DNA of 64,000 nucleotides. Origin: Marsupella aquatica (lineage: Eukaryota; Plantae; Marchantiophyta). The position numbers and the translations under genes were made by a program. Below, piece after piece: positions 23,595 through 36,000 of the stretch. The notes under the pieces were generated by a model. It saw only the letters and a program-made list of their open reading frames with translations, did not search any database and was not told where the DNA came from. Location: contig OZ316896.1 in the NCBI GenBank assembly GCA_973895155.1, positions 21,393,543 through 21,457,542 on the forward strand. The letters run 5' to 3'. Position 1 is the stretch's first letter; the number at the start of each line of letters is the position of its first letter.

Positions 23595-26500
23595 ATGAGT
23601 GACTCGGAGGATACTGGAAGAATTGGCGTCGGTGGAGCTTCAGGATCGCGACGATCAGACGGTGAGTCTGAGGAGGAGCTGCTACCATTTGAGGAGGAAC
23701 TAGTGATTTCGGTACGATCACTGGTGCGGCGTGCAGTGAAGGAAGCTGTGTTACTACCAGAGCTGTCGATAGTAGGGAAGAAGAGGGAGATGGCTAGATT
23801 CGGAGGAGTAAAGTTTGAGGTGGAGAAGTACGATGGTCGTACTGATTACTTGCTATGGGAGAAGCAAGTGAAGGGTGTTCTACGGGCCATGGGCTTGGCT
23901 CATCTGCTCTCTTTGTGAGAGCAGTATGATGGAGAGGAGGAGATTTCTTTGAGACAGTGGAGACAGGAGCAAGTGATTGCTGTCAATTGCAGTGATGCTA
24001 TATCTCAAGCCGCACATCATCAAGCAACTGGATGATTATGCAGATTGCATGTCACTGTTCAAGGCTCTAAGAGAGAAGTACTACCGGGAAGATGCGTTAG
24101 ACCGGCTGTACAAGAAGTTTCTCTTGATGAGCCTTAGGCTCAAGGAAGGGAGCAAGATGCAGGATCACCTAGATGAATTTGACAGCCTAGCGGTGGATCT
24201 GTCAAACCTGGGAAAAGGAGTTGAAGATGAGGATAAGGCCTTGCTTCTGCTAAGCTCCTTACCGTCGTCTTATCAGGGCTTGAAACAGGTGCTCTTGTAC
24301 AGAGATTTGAAGTCCATTTCGTATAATGAGGTGGTGAGCTCATTACTGTCTGATGATGCTCAGAAGAAGCTGGGTCAATCACAGACAACATCTTCTTCTG
24401 GCACTGCGTTGAATGTGAACAGGGGAAGAGCAGCGCAACGCACGAATGGGCAGAACAGGTTTAGATCTACATCACGGGGGAGATCTAAATCCAGAGGAAA
24501 ATTGCAAGAGAGGAAGCCTCTTGCATGTTGGAATTGTGGCAAGCCTGGCCACATGAAAAGGGATTGTCGAGTAAAGGTCCCTATTGCCTCTGCTAATGCG
24601 GTATCGAGCTCGCATGAGGTAGATTTACTTGATGATGATGACATATTGTGATATCAAGGTTATGCTCTCAACGTAGTGTCAAATCCAGGTAGTGATGACT
24701 GGATTCTAGATAGTGCATGTACTTTTCACATTTGCTCTAGGAAAGATTGTTTCAGTTCTTACACGGTTTCCAACGGGTCAGTGTTGATGGGAAATGGAAT
24801 CCCATGTCAAGTTGTTGGACTTGGATTTGTAAGATTTCAGATGTTTGATGGTGTTGTGAGAACGTTGAGGAATGTGAAACATATTCCCAGCATGATGAAA
24901 AATCTCATTTCACTTGGAGTTTTAGAGCAAATGGCCATCAGTGAAGCTCTGCTAATGGTGTCCTTCAGGTTTCAACTGGTACTAAAGTTGTATTGAAGGG
25001 AAAGAGACATAGCAATCTATACGTTTTGGAGGGCAGTGTCCCGGGCAGTGTAGTTTGTGATGAAGCCAATGTAACCTTATCTCATGAGGAGACGGCCCGG
25101 CTGTGGCACTTCCGTTTGGGCCACATGAGTGAAAAAGGTTTGGTTATTCTTCAGAAGAAAGGATTATTTTCTAATTTGCAATCTTGTAAGTTGGAATTTT
25201 GTGAGCACTGTGTGCTAGGAAAGCAGCACAGGAAACCCTTCGGAGTTGGAACTCACACCAGCAAGGAGGTACTTGAGTATGTACATAGTGATGTGTGGGG
25301 TCCAGCCCCTACTCCCTCATATTCTGGACGGTTATACTATGTCACGTTCATAGACGATTACTCAAGGTATGTGTGGATATACTTTCTACACAATAAGTCT
25401 GATGTTTTTGCCACTTTTAAGGAGTGGAAAGCCCAAGTTGAGAATCAGACTGGTAATAAGGTGAGATATCTTCGATCGGATAATGGCGGTGAATATAGTT
25501 CCGGGGAATTTGGAACGTATTGTAAGGAGCAGGGGATTACCCGTCATCTCACAACAAGTTATACTCCTCAACAGAATGGTGTTTCTGAGAGACTCAACCG
25601 AACACTATTGAACCGCTCGAGGAGTATGTTGAGTCAATCATGCTTACCACATGAGTTTTGGGCTGAAGCTATCAACACTGCAGCTTATTTGGTAAATTTT
25701 TCTCCATCCAGTTCTATTGGATTCAAAACACCATTTGAAATGAGGTACGGGCGTCCAGCAGATTACTCACATCTGAGGATTTTTGGATGTGATGCTTATG
25801 TGCTTACACCTTCCCAACTTCGATCCAAGCTGGAGTCCAAGTCGAAGAAGTGCATTTTCCTTGGTTATCAGTAAGGTGTGAAGGGTTATAGGTTATGGGA
25901 TCCAGTAACCTGTAAGCTAATTGTCAGTAGAGATGTGTCCTTTAATGAATCCAGATCATCAAAGGAGGGGGAGAGTTCTCAGGACTCCCATACTGACAAG
26001 GGGAAATCTCCCATCCCGGACCGGGTTGAGGGGGAGATTAGTCATGATGCAGTTCATGACAGGAGAGATGGAGAAGCTCCGGGCTTGGAGCTGGTTCCTG
26101 TGATGGAACAAGAGGAGCAAATTGTTGCTGAGGTACCTCAAATTCAATCAGCAGCAACAACAGATCAGCCTGAGTCGTCTACTAGAAGAACTTCCAGTCG
26201 TTCTACTAGAGCTCCTACCAGGTATGGTCAATGGGCAGACTCATCTAAGCTAGATGATATTGACATTGCACCTGATGAAGATGATATGGCTTTGATCTTG
26301 GAAGAAGGAGAGCCTTCTTCGTATAGTGAGGCTTGTGCTTCAGAGCAGAAGCATGAGTGGAATGCAGCAATGCAGAGGGAGTTGCAATCTTTGAGTGACA
26401 ACAAGACATGGGAGCTGGTGGAACTTCCAAGAGGTCAGCAAGTGGTGGACAGCAAATGGATTTACAAGTTGAAGGATAGTCCTTCAGAGGGTGGAGACAA

Positions 26501-26864
26501 GATCTACAAGGCAAGGCTTGTTGCCAAGGGATTCACTCAGGAGAAAGGAGTGGATTACAATGAGGTCTTTTCACCGGTTGCTAAGTATTCCACAATTCGG
26601 ATCTTGTGTCAGCTTGTTGTGTTTTTTGGTCTGGTGATGGATCAGATGGATGTTGTTACTGCTTTTCTCTATGGCAACTTGGAAGAGATGATCTTCATGA
26701 GACAGCCACTAGGCTTTATGAAGAAGGGCCAAGAGAACTTAGTTTGCAGATTGCTCAAGTCCTTGTATGGATTGAAGCAGTCTCCCAGACAGTGGAACAA
26801 GCGGTTTGATGATTTCATGCTTACTCAAGGTTTTACAAGGATGGTGTATGATCCTTGTGTGTAT
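23595..26864 (+). pseudogene. Copia gag-pol, 5' part (gag, protease, GAG-pre-integrase, integrase, N-terminal RT)
   Basis: KFEVEKYDG..W, zinc knuckle CWNCGKPGHMKRDC, protease WILDSACT, integrase HxxLGH..CEHC, HSDVWG, LRSDNGGEY, PQQNGVSER, and RT KARLVAKG, QMDVVTAFL, KSLYGLKQ. Frameshifts near 23915 and 24930; in-frame stops at 24649 and 25872. Confidence 0.93.
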
Positions 26865-26899
26865 ATCAGCCTATTCATTAAAAGTGTATTATTATTTGA

Positions 26900-27225
26900 T
26901 TTATGTACATTTGGGCAATGAAAAGTGTACTTTTGGGCTTGAAAAAATGTATATTTGGCCAATGAAAAGTGTACATTTGGGGATAGAAAAGTGTACAATT
27001 GGCCTAAAGAGTGTACATTTGGGCAATGAAAAGTGTATATTTGAACATCAAAATAGGTACATTTGGCTTTAAAAGTGTACATTTGAGTACATTTGGCCTA
27101 GAAAGTGTACATTTGAGTGAAAAAAACATACATTTGGCTTAAAAAGTGTACATTTAAGTGCATTTGGTCTAGAAAGTGTAGCTTTGAGTGCAACAAAGTG
27201 TACATTTGGCCTAAAAAGTGTACCA
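26900..27225 (+). repeat. Left subterminal repeat array (AAAGTGTACATTTGG, ~22-bp period)
   Basis: More than 12 copies of aaaagtgtacatttgg-like units next to the left TIR. Confidence 0.9.
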
Positions 27226-27470
27226 ACTCTTCTTATAATCATTTAAAAGAAAGGAATGAATAGAAAAATATTTTTAATTATGCAAAAAAAGTAAACATTC
27301 ATATTCATAACAATCAAAAGTTTAGAAAATGAGGAGATAGTATAACTAACACTCAATGGCATGGTCTCACATTAAAACTATTAAAATAGTAAATAACTAT
27401 TAGGTACTTGTTACTATCTAAGTAACTATCTATTTAATAATTATTATAGCTTCACAAGTAACAACTAAGT

Positions 27471-30400
27471 CTACTTGTCCATCCTTTGGAGATAACTTTG
27501 GATAGTTTGTAGAACATTTCGAGGAATCTTCAAACCTCTGCCCGCCATGTTTTCTTCTTTCATGCCAGATTTAAAACCATACATTGCAGAATTTGCATAC
27601 TGCCAATGTTGAGCGTTCTCACCAAACCCTGGATCTCGCTCCCATGTCTTAGTGGACATGAAGCAGTTTAGATACCGTGCACTCTCAGTCACATCAAGTT
27701 TAGAGTGTTTAGGCCTCCACCATTCGACTGGAAACATTGGAGCATATTGTTGAGGCAGAGGAGGGTTTGTTGGAGATGTAGTTGGGACTTCATGCTTAGG
27801 GTCAACCGAACCCAAAGCTCTCACCAACCAGAAATGACCTCCACCATTTTTATTCTCCCAGTCATCCTCGGGTCGAAGAAATACAAAGTTCCCTTGACAA
27901 ATATCCTGTAGGGGAATCCACCGTCCTTGTTCTCTCTCAGCTCGAGATCCAACAAATGGTGCCGCTTGATCTTCCATCTCTTCCAAGACCTCATTTTGAA
28001 GAGCCGTCATCTCCGCATTCTCCTCATCTTCACTTGGAGGACCACTTTGATCCGGTTGGTTGACCTTGTAACTAGTGCCATGGTTAGTCTTAGGCCAAAA
28101 TCTATTTTCAAGGGAAATTGAGTACTTCCCTCCCCTTCTAGGGCAAGCCCATTTGTCAACAACTCCACAATTCTCTCCCAATATTTCACAAGAGGAAATT
28201 TTTCCTTATATGCTATAGATGTCTCATCAGTGCAACTCCTTCTCAAAAAATCAAGGTACTTGGTAAGAAATGGGATAATCTCTTCAGATTTTTTGTGTAT
28301 CTCTCCAATGGATTTAGCTAAGGGCTCTCCACTAGGTAAAAGAAGGGAATTTGTTGTCAGATCTGTTGCCCAAATGCACCTTCCACCAACTGGAGCCCAA
28401 GCTTGCTTTACATGGGACTTATACTGAAATATTGGTACATTATCTCTCATAGAGAAAAGAAATGATACAGGTTTTGAGTGACCTTGAATATCTTTAACGT
28501 TGAAAGTTTGAAGATATTCTTTGTAAGATGCAACTTCTTGTATCAATCTGGGAACTGGATGAATGCTCTCACATTCCCAAACCTCTGCCATAAGAGCAAG
28601 GAGAGTTGCAACTTCCTTGTGCTGAACTTGATATGATACCTTCGAAAAGAGTGCATCAACATCTTCGTGCGTATGACCAACCATAAGAAAAGACATTTGA
28701 ACAGTTTCAAATACTCCTCTACTCACAAGCTCACTACAAAATGCCATGACAGTCTGGTTTTTGTTATCCTTTGCTGAGTTATCCATTTGCAATGTTAGGT
28801 GCCTTGGCAAGGGCTTGAAAGATGGACTGCCTTGTTCCCCATGCATGTCCCCTCCTTGATCCTCACCAAGTTGGGTGGAGACCGTCTCCGTCTGACTCTC
28901 GGCTGCATCTTCAGAACCAATATACCTATTCATTGGAATACTCTTTGGTTCCAAATATCCCTTAAAAAATGCATCAAAGTCAAGAAGGGCTTGAAAGAAA
29001 GGTCTATGAGGTTCCAAATAAAGGCCATCCAACATGTCACCTGTCTTGTCTCCATTGTACTCTTCAAGGTCTCGAAGACACTTAGCCAAGGATGTCACCG
29101 TGAAATCGGCATCTCCTGGCCAAAGGCCAGTGACACTAAAGTGTGCATAGACTCCTGGATCCCTTCCGTGGGTCAACATCCCTGTCAAAGCAATAGGTAG
29201 CGGCATCCCATGACCCGAAAGCGATTTAGGAGTACTAACCATTTTTGGAATCCACGTCTTTGCTTGATCCATCTTGTCGTGAATGATGCAAAGATATTCC
29301 CCTGGATGTTGCTTAGCCATCACTCGATGAGCATAGTAAACATATCTACGTGACATTTGCTCACAAAGATGTTGCGCTCGTTTTTCTTCAATTTCAGCAC
29401 GTTCTTTTTTCCTTCTTTCTCGCATCAAACTATCTTTGTATTCACAACAAAGAGTACACTTGGCAAATGCACCATCTTTATGGAAACTGAAGTTTGCGAA
29501 TGATTTGCTCCAAATCTTGTACAGAGTATTCTCTATAACTGGAGGAAGCCCCTCTTCCTTCATCTTTGTTCTCACATCTTCCAAAATCTCCAGCTTCTTG
29601 TAACATGCTGGAAGACGATATTCAGTGGAGTCTGTCCCATGAGCCCCAGCATAAGGTATATGAGGCATGGGCTCTGCATTTTGAGTCAAAAAATCCTCCA
29701 ACAGAGTTCGTGCATGCAAGGTATTTGACCTTGTTTTCATGGAGCCCGTGTTTCCATGGAACCCAATTTTGCAGCCCTCCACATATCTCCTTTTGTAGTC
29801 ATAATATTTTGTGTGGCTAAAGCCATGGATGATTGCAAATGCATGTCTACATACGACCATACCCTTGAGAACATGGTGCCCCTTATCACGAACATCATCT
29901 TCTCTGTAGTGGAAGAGGTTGAAAATGTGTGATGTTTTTGACTCACTAGACATCCCGTGAAATTCTATCCGAATATCTTCTATGTCTTCTCTTGGCATAG
30001 TCAGACAACATTTCTGCTTGCAACAATTCTCTCTTTTAATTTCATCAATCGAAGCTTCCGTTGTTTTTGAAACTGCCTTGGTTTCCAATAGCCTTCTCTT
30101 CTTTTCAATCGGATCTACATGAGTCCTCTTGTTGAAATTGTATGGCCTTGTGCGCAACATTCCCCTATCATTTACATTTGGATAGAGATCATCCCTATCC
30201 ACCGACTCCATCCTCTCTGAACCTTCAACCAAAATGTCCGACAAAAATTTCCCATTTGCAAGTAGTTTTGTTGAATCAATTCGCCACCGAACCAAAGTAA
30301 TTACTCCCCTATGGAAGTTGGGAAAGTATTGTGATTCCACCACATCTTTCACAGCAATCCCTACATGGTCCTCACCAAGCATTTCATCGTCAACTGCCGC

Positions 30401-31230
30401 CGTTTCTTGAGGCACAGTGATGGTCCCCGTGGCAACCCTATTGGTTCGATCTGAACCGATGTATAGTTCGACCAACTCTGACATCCAATTTGACCGTTGG
30501 AAATAGTCACAATTAGTTTTAGAAATTTCAACTGAGGGAGACTCCACAACAAAACTCCGCTCTATGTTGATATCATCACCCGCATCCTTTTTTGAGAAAC
30601 TCTTTCTACTTCGGACATCTGCCACGTCCCAGAGAACCCATGAGTCTTTTGCCTCGTCAATTGTTTCAGCCCCACTGTGTTTGTAAGGTAAAACCCTACT
30701 CCCATGAATGACATCAGTGACCCTCACACTGATCCGTGATTCACCAAGTAAAATGTTGTGACATCTTTCCATTGGATTTGTATTGAAAACAACTCCAAGG
30801 GCTACACAACACCCAAAGATGAACATTTCAACCTCATCCCCTTGCCTCGGAGTGATCGATGAGTCCTCCTCTACAATTGGATTTTTCTCCAAATTACTCT
30901 CGGGTCTATTTGAACAACTACCTACACTAATGCATTTTTGAGAATTTGTTGTCGTGGATAGATATGCGCAAGACAAATCCCAAATAACGCAAGAATCAAT
31001 GGCATCAAAAAGGTTTTCTGCCCGAGGCATCGGAAATGGTAGTTTTGTGGTTCGGTCAAAAACTTTCTCAATGAGAACTCCCATTCGATTCTCTCTCAAC
31101 AATATCTTTTGAACACTATCTTGCGGGTTGACTTTTTGAACTGTCCCGCTCGCAACATCGTAACCATCATTTGTCAATATCACATTGTCTCCTCTCAAAA
31201 ATATTCCGGTCATTGCTATAACGTATTCAC
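27471..31230 (-). CDS. Sola-like (DUF7869-type) DDD transposase, frameshifted near 28110
   Basis: ORF 28007..31213 plus continuation 27471..~28110. Cys motifs CCKQKCC, VCRHAF..HG and KCTLC; catalytic-core motifs HDKMDQ, LQMDNSAKDNKN and FLMVGHTHEDVDALFS. An acceptor-like site at 31231-31232 implies an upstream exon. Confidence 0.85.
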
Positions 31231-31405
31231 CTGCACAATTTTAAATGTAAAGTATTAGTTAAGAATGGTCCCAACTAGGAAGCACATAGGTGTCAACCCT
31301 CTCCAAGGACAGTGCGCATATCGGGATTATCCCCATCAAGCAAAATAATAGGTCCCCAAAAAGTCCCTATCTAGCCCTAAGATCCCTGATCCCAATTTAG
31401 ACGTC

Positions 31406-32080
31406 GGATAGGGATGATCCCTGTCCAAACGGTGGACAGGGATTGGACAGGGATGATCCCTGTCCAAACGACGGATAGGGTCTGTCAGTGTATAAATGGC
31501 GAACAAGGATCATCCCTACCTAAACGGCGGATAGTGTCTGTCACTGTCCAAAAGGCGGACACGCCTGATCCCTGTCCAAATGGTGGATCGGGTCTATTCT
31601 CTGTCCAACCAACTGACAGGGATGATTCAAGGAAACTTTTCATATTGGGGTCCAATCAAGCAAATACCTCAAACGGCGGACAGGGATCATCCGGAGAACG
31701 ACCGCGGACACGGATCCCTATTGAAAGGGTAGATAGGGATCATCCCTATCAAAACGGCGGACAGGGACCATCCCTATCCAAACGGTGGACAGGGATCATC
31801 CCTATCCAAATGGCGGACAGGGATCATCCCCATCCAAACAGCGAATACGGATCATTATCCAACCAGAGGATCCAAACGGCGAATACGGATCATTATCCAA
31901 CCAGAGGATCCAAACTGTAGAGGATCCAATAAAGTGCTATAGTTCATATGGTCCTCTACAGTACTCTACGGTGGACAGGGATCATCCCTATCCAAATATT
32001 GGACAGGGATCATCCCTATCCAAACAGCAGATAGAGATGATCCCTATCCAAATAGCAAACAGGGATGACCCCTGTACGGA
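31406..32080. repeat. Array of 21-bp palindromes with 28-bp period
   Basis: GGACAGGGAT(G/C)ATCCCT(G/A)TCC plus a 7-bp linker (AAACGGC-like). Copies start at 31406, 31445, 31473, 31501, 31529, 31557, 31585, 31678, 31731, 31759, 31787, 31815, 31973, 32001, 32029 and 32057; some are degenerate. Confidence 0.93.
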
Positions 32081-33001
32081 CAATTGACTCTACACACTAA
32101 TTTAATGTTTGAGCAAAGAACGGTTGGATTGAGATTATCCCAATCGTGAGTTGGGCTGGGATTTTTTCACTTCAACCTTAACTTAGATATAGTAATTCCT
32201 AAATTTGCGGATATCAATGGAATATGCTACAATTCTATAATTAGGTTTAAAGTTACCTGTAATGGAAATGATTCTTGAACCCAAAACTCAATTTAGTTTA
32301 TGTTGTCAAACCAAGGATTAAAATACTGTGTTGAAGGGGTAGTTATCAGTAACCTGGTAAACTAAATGCTTCAGGGGTGTGGAAGAAATTAAAACTAGAT
32401 GTTCTGTCTGGAAAACAAGAGTGTCTCAATGGGGCTCCGTAATGAACGGACCTGGTTGAGGAACAGAACAAAAATCTAGAAATGAAAATACCAAATGAGG
32501 ACCAGCCGGACAACCCCAAGTATCTTATACCAGTTGTTGAAGATCGCCCTTATGGATAAGGCGATGCGTGATCAGCCTTAAGCAACGGCGAGTGGATTAG
32601 GTCGGGCGGCGCACTTTAGGGCAGCCGTGCATTTAGGGTTTTCCACTCGCCTCGGCCTCCCACGTGTTCAGTGTGCCTTGCCTCGCCTCGGGGGGGGGGG
32701 TAAAGGAGGCAGGAGGTCCCACTTGGGCCTCATTCTTCATTCCCTCCTCGCTCCTCGCTCACTCTCCTCCTCGCTTGCTCTCCTCCCTCCTCCGTCCGCT
32801 CCTCCTCTTCTCCACTCCTGCTCTTGCGCTCCTTTGCTCGCTCCTCCGCCTCATTCGCTTCCAATCTCCTTCCGCTCCGACGCCTTTGCACTCCTTCGCT
32901 TTGCCTCCGCACTAAAGTTTATCCCCATAGCCGCCACGTTAATTGCCCTAGATCTAACGCTCTGCAATCCTCCATGTGTCCATAAGGCCACGTGTCACAC
33001 G

Positions 33002-36000
33002 ATGGAGCCATCCAGACCTATTCCAATGTGTCTCGTCAGTGAGCCAACAGAGGAGACAGACCTCTCATCCATTGAGGACGTGGTGGAGACGGCCCTCAAG
33101 GATTCCAGAGCCTTTCAATCGCTCAATCCAAGTGAGTATCCCAGTAACAAGTTGAATATTTGTGTGGTGGACAGAGATGATCCCTGTCCAAGTAGAGTCC
33201 AAATAGAAGATAGTCATCTTTATTAGGAATTGGACAAAGATGATCTCTATCCAAATGGATGGAGATCATCCCTGTCCAATTGCATAGATATCATTTATTT
33301 CCAAACTGACGATAGAGGATGTCCTATCAGACGATGCTGAGGACCTTTATTAGGAATTGGATAGAGATGATCCCTGTCCAAGTAGAGGATAGAGATGATA
33401 ATAACGATCATCAGTATCCTCTCATCGAACAGAGATGATCTTTATTACAAATTGGACAAAGATCATCGCTGTCCAAATAGAGGATAGAGATGATCACTGT
33501 CCAATTTTTGTCAATTACAAAAGTAAGATTTCCAAACTAATATGCCTGGATGGGACTATTGCAGGGAGCTATCTAAATGCATTGAAACCACAGATTTCAG
33601 ACGCAGATTGCTCTGAGGGAGTCTTGTTGGAGCAGAGCAGAGAAGATTTTTGTTGGGGCCTTGAGTTCTCCAGAGTTGATTTTGATTTCCTTAGCACGTC
33701 AACGAGACGGGATCCCATTTTGTGCATAAAGGTCAGAACTGCAGATCAGGAGACTCTTGTACTCGGACCTGTAGTCTTCATTGGAATTGAAGGAAGAGGG
33801 TTTGTTTCCGTCATTCTTGAGCTCCATGAAAGGATACGATGGGTTAAACTACATCTACCATCAAAGGCGTATTCTTCAGAATTCAATGTTGAGTGGTCTG
33901 CAGCTGGAGAACTTGGCGTGTTGGCAATGGGCTTTTTCCCTAAGTCGTATTCAACTCAAAAGGTGACTCTTGGAGTGAAGGGGATTCTTCCACTTGACAT
34001 CATGTATGGGTTTCAATATGTGAAGCTTAATATGCATAAACACCAAGGGAATTATACATTTTCGGTGACATGGATTTTAAATAATTTGCTTGACAAGGCA
34101 GGATTCCTATCATCGGAATCAGGTGTTTTCCTTGACAAGAAAATTATATTTGCGGAGGAGTTTGCAATGGATAATGCAAAAAAGTGGGTAGAATCATTAC
34201 CCAAGCCTACAAGTGCTGCACCAATAGTGGTGAACAAGCCTACAAATGTTGCACTAGTAGTGGTGAACAAGCCTCCAGTAGTTGTTAACAAAGAAGTTCC
34301 GAAGCCTAGAAAAATATCTCAGGAGACAACAACCGGGACTGCAGGAACAACGGCCGGGATAGCCTCCAAACAAGTGGTAGGGAAGCAAAGACAAAGAGAG
34401 AAGAAGGAGCGCAAGAAAACTGAGACACTGCCGAAGGAACCCGAGAAGAAGCCAGTAAAGAAGAAACATAAAACTGACAAGACTATTGCGCGGTCAACTC
34501 CGACGGACGTACAGATGCTCCCAGAGGATGAGGGAGACAAACTTGATGCCCCGGAGGAGAAGAAGGTCTTAGAAGGGAATGATGTTCTCCAAAGAATAGA
34601 GCAGTACTATACTTTTGGGATAAATTAAATATTTTCTATTCCAGTGGAGAAAATTTATCCAGCTCCGGCAAGGTTATGTTACAGGATGCTCAACAGTGCC
34701 CATGTGAAGCACATAGCCGAATCCATGGTGAAAAACCCTGGACATGAACCTCACGTTGCGGACCTTCTTCCTTACAATCCAAAACTTAGAAATCTACTTC
34801 ATTTTGACAGCACGGAGAACGACCGCAAAGACCTTCTTGCAGGAGTGAAGAAAGGCGAGATTGTTTTCCTTGCCGTCAGTGGGCAACATTCTGCTAGGGC
34901 GGCCAAATGGGTTCTTGAGTGGGCCGAAACGGATGCCAAGCTCACAATTTTGGCAAAAAAGTTAAAATATAGGAAGGCTAGATTATTGTCAAACCTTACG
35001 CCATCGGCTATACTGGTTGAGCACTCAATGAGATCAAATGCCATCAATTCTTTGATGGTGTTTCAATCGTGCTTCAAAGATACAATTGTTCATGCAAGAA
35101 AACAATTCCTTGAAACTGGAAGACCAAGAAAGCCAAAGCACGGGGACAACAAATCAAACGCCCAAGAGAGTCAAAAATTTCAGGTGAGAAACATTTTTCT
35201 TGTTTGGACAGAGATGGTCTCTGTCCAAGAGTGTGACCGTCCGTTACATTGATTTTAGTTCAATATGTTTTTGGTTATGACTTGGATGGAGATGGTCTCT
35301 GTCCAAGAGTGAGACCTTCCATTATGTAGATTTTACTTCATTCTACTTTTGGTTATGGCTTGGACGGAGATGGTCTCTGTCCAAGAGTGAGACCTTCCAT
35401 TCTGTAGATTTTACTTCATTCTACTTTTGGTTATGGCTTGGACGGAGATGGTCTCTGTCCAAGCAAGCGATTGTGTGTTGTCAAATCTCATTGATTGTAG
35501 ATAACTTACAACATTCTCCCTAATTTTTGACTGTAGGATTATCTGGCATTGGCAAGGATGACCATGGGGAGAAAAGACTTGAAAAATGTATACTGGTTAC
35601 TTTTTGCCGAGAATGATCTTTTCGAGTTATGGCGATTAGTGTGCCAAATGTGGATTGATGGAAAACTTCTTGATGGGGGTGGTACACAGGGAAACAAAAG
35701 GTCCGAAAAGGCGATAACCGTCGCCATGTTTTGTTATTTTGATGGTGAAATCTCAAATAGAGATTTGACCAGAATTTTGAACAAGGTGAAGTCGGGTCAG
35801 ATTTTATTGAAAAAAGATCCGACTAATAAGTCAGATGTTCCAGCGATGGAGGAGTTTGCAAAGGAGGTGAAGATATTGATCAAATTGAAGTCTCGTATTG
35901 GAGATTACTACTTCAAGAAGGATCCAAAACACTTCCCAGCAGATACTGATTGGGCTAAAGTGATTGAAGTCCTCCCATTATTGGGTCCCGATTCGGAGTT

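Noticed and set aside
28095-28125. Programmed -1 frameshift in the transposase
   Set aside because: TTTCCCT is not in the canonical X XXY YYZ phase or composition; a 1-bp deletion or assembly error is simpler.
31406-32080. CRISPR-like array of palindromic repeats
   Set aside because: The linkers are only 7 bp and similar to each other rather than unique spacers; there are no cas genes and the context is eukaryotic.
31414-32087. ORFs 31414..31920 and 31785..32087
   Set aside because: Translations of the 28-bp repeat array with no independent coding evidence.
31406-35462. GATC (Dam-like) site as the methyltransferase target in the palindrome centre
   Set aside because: Present in the first two clusters but absent from the 78-bp cluster (GAGATGGTCTC), so it is not a conserved feature.
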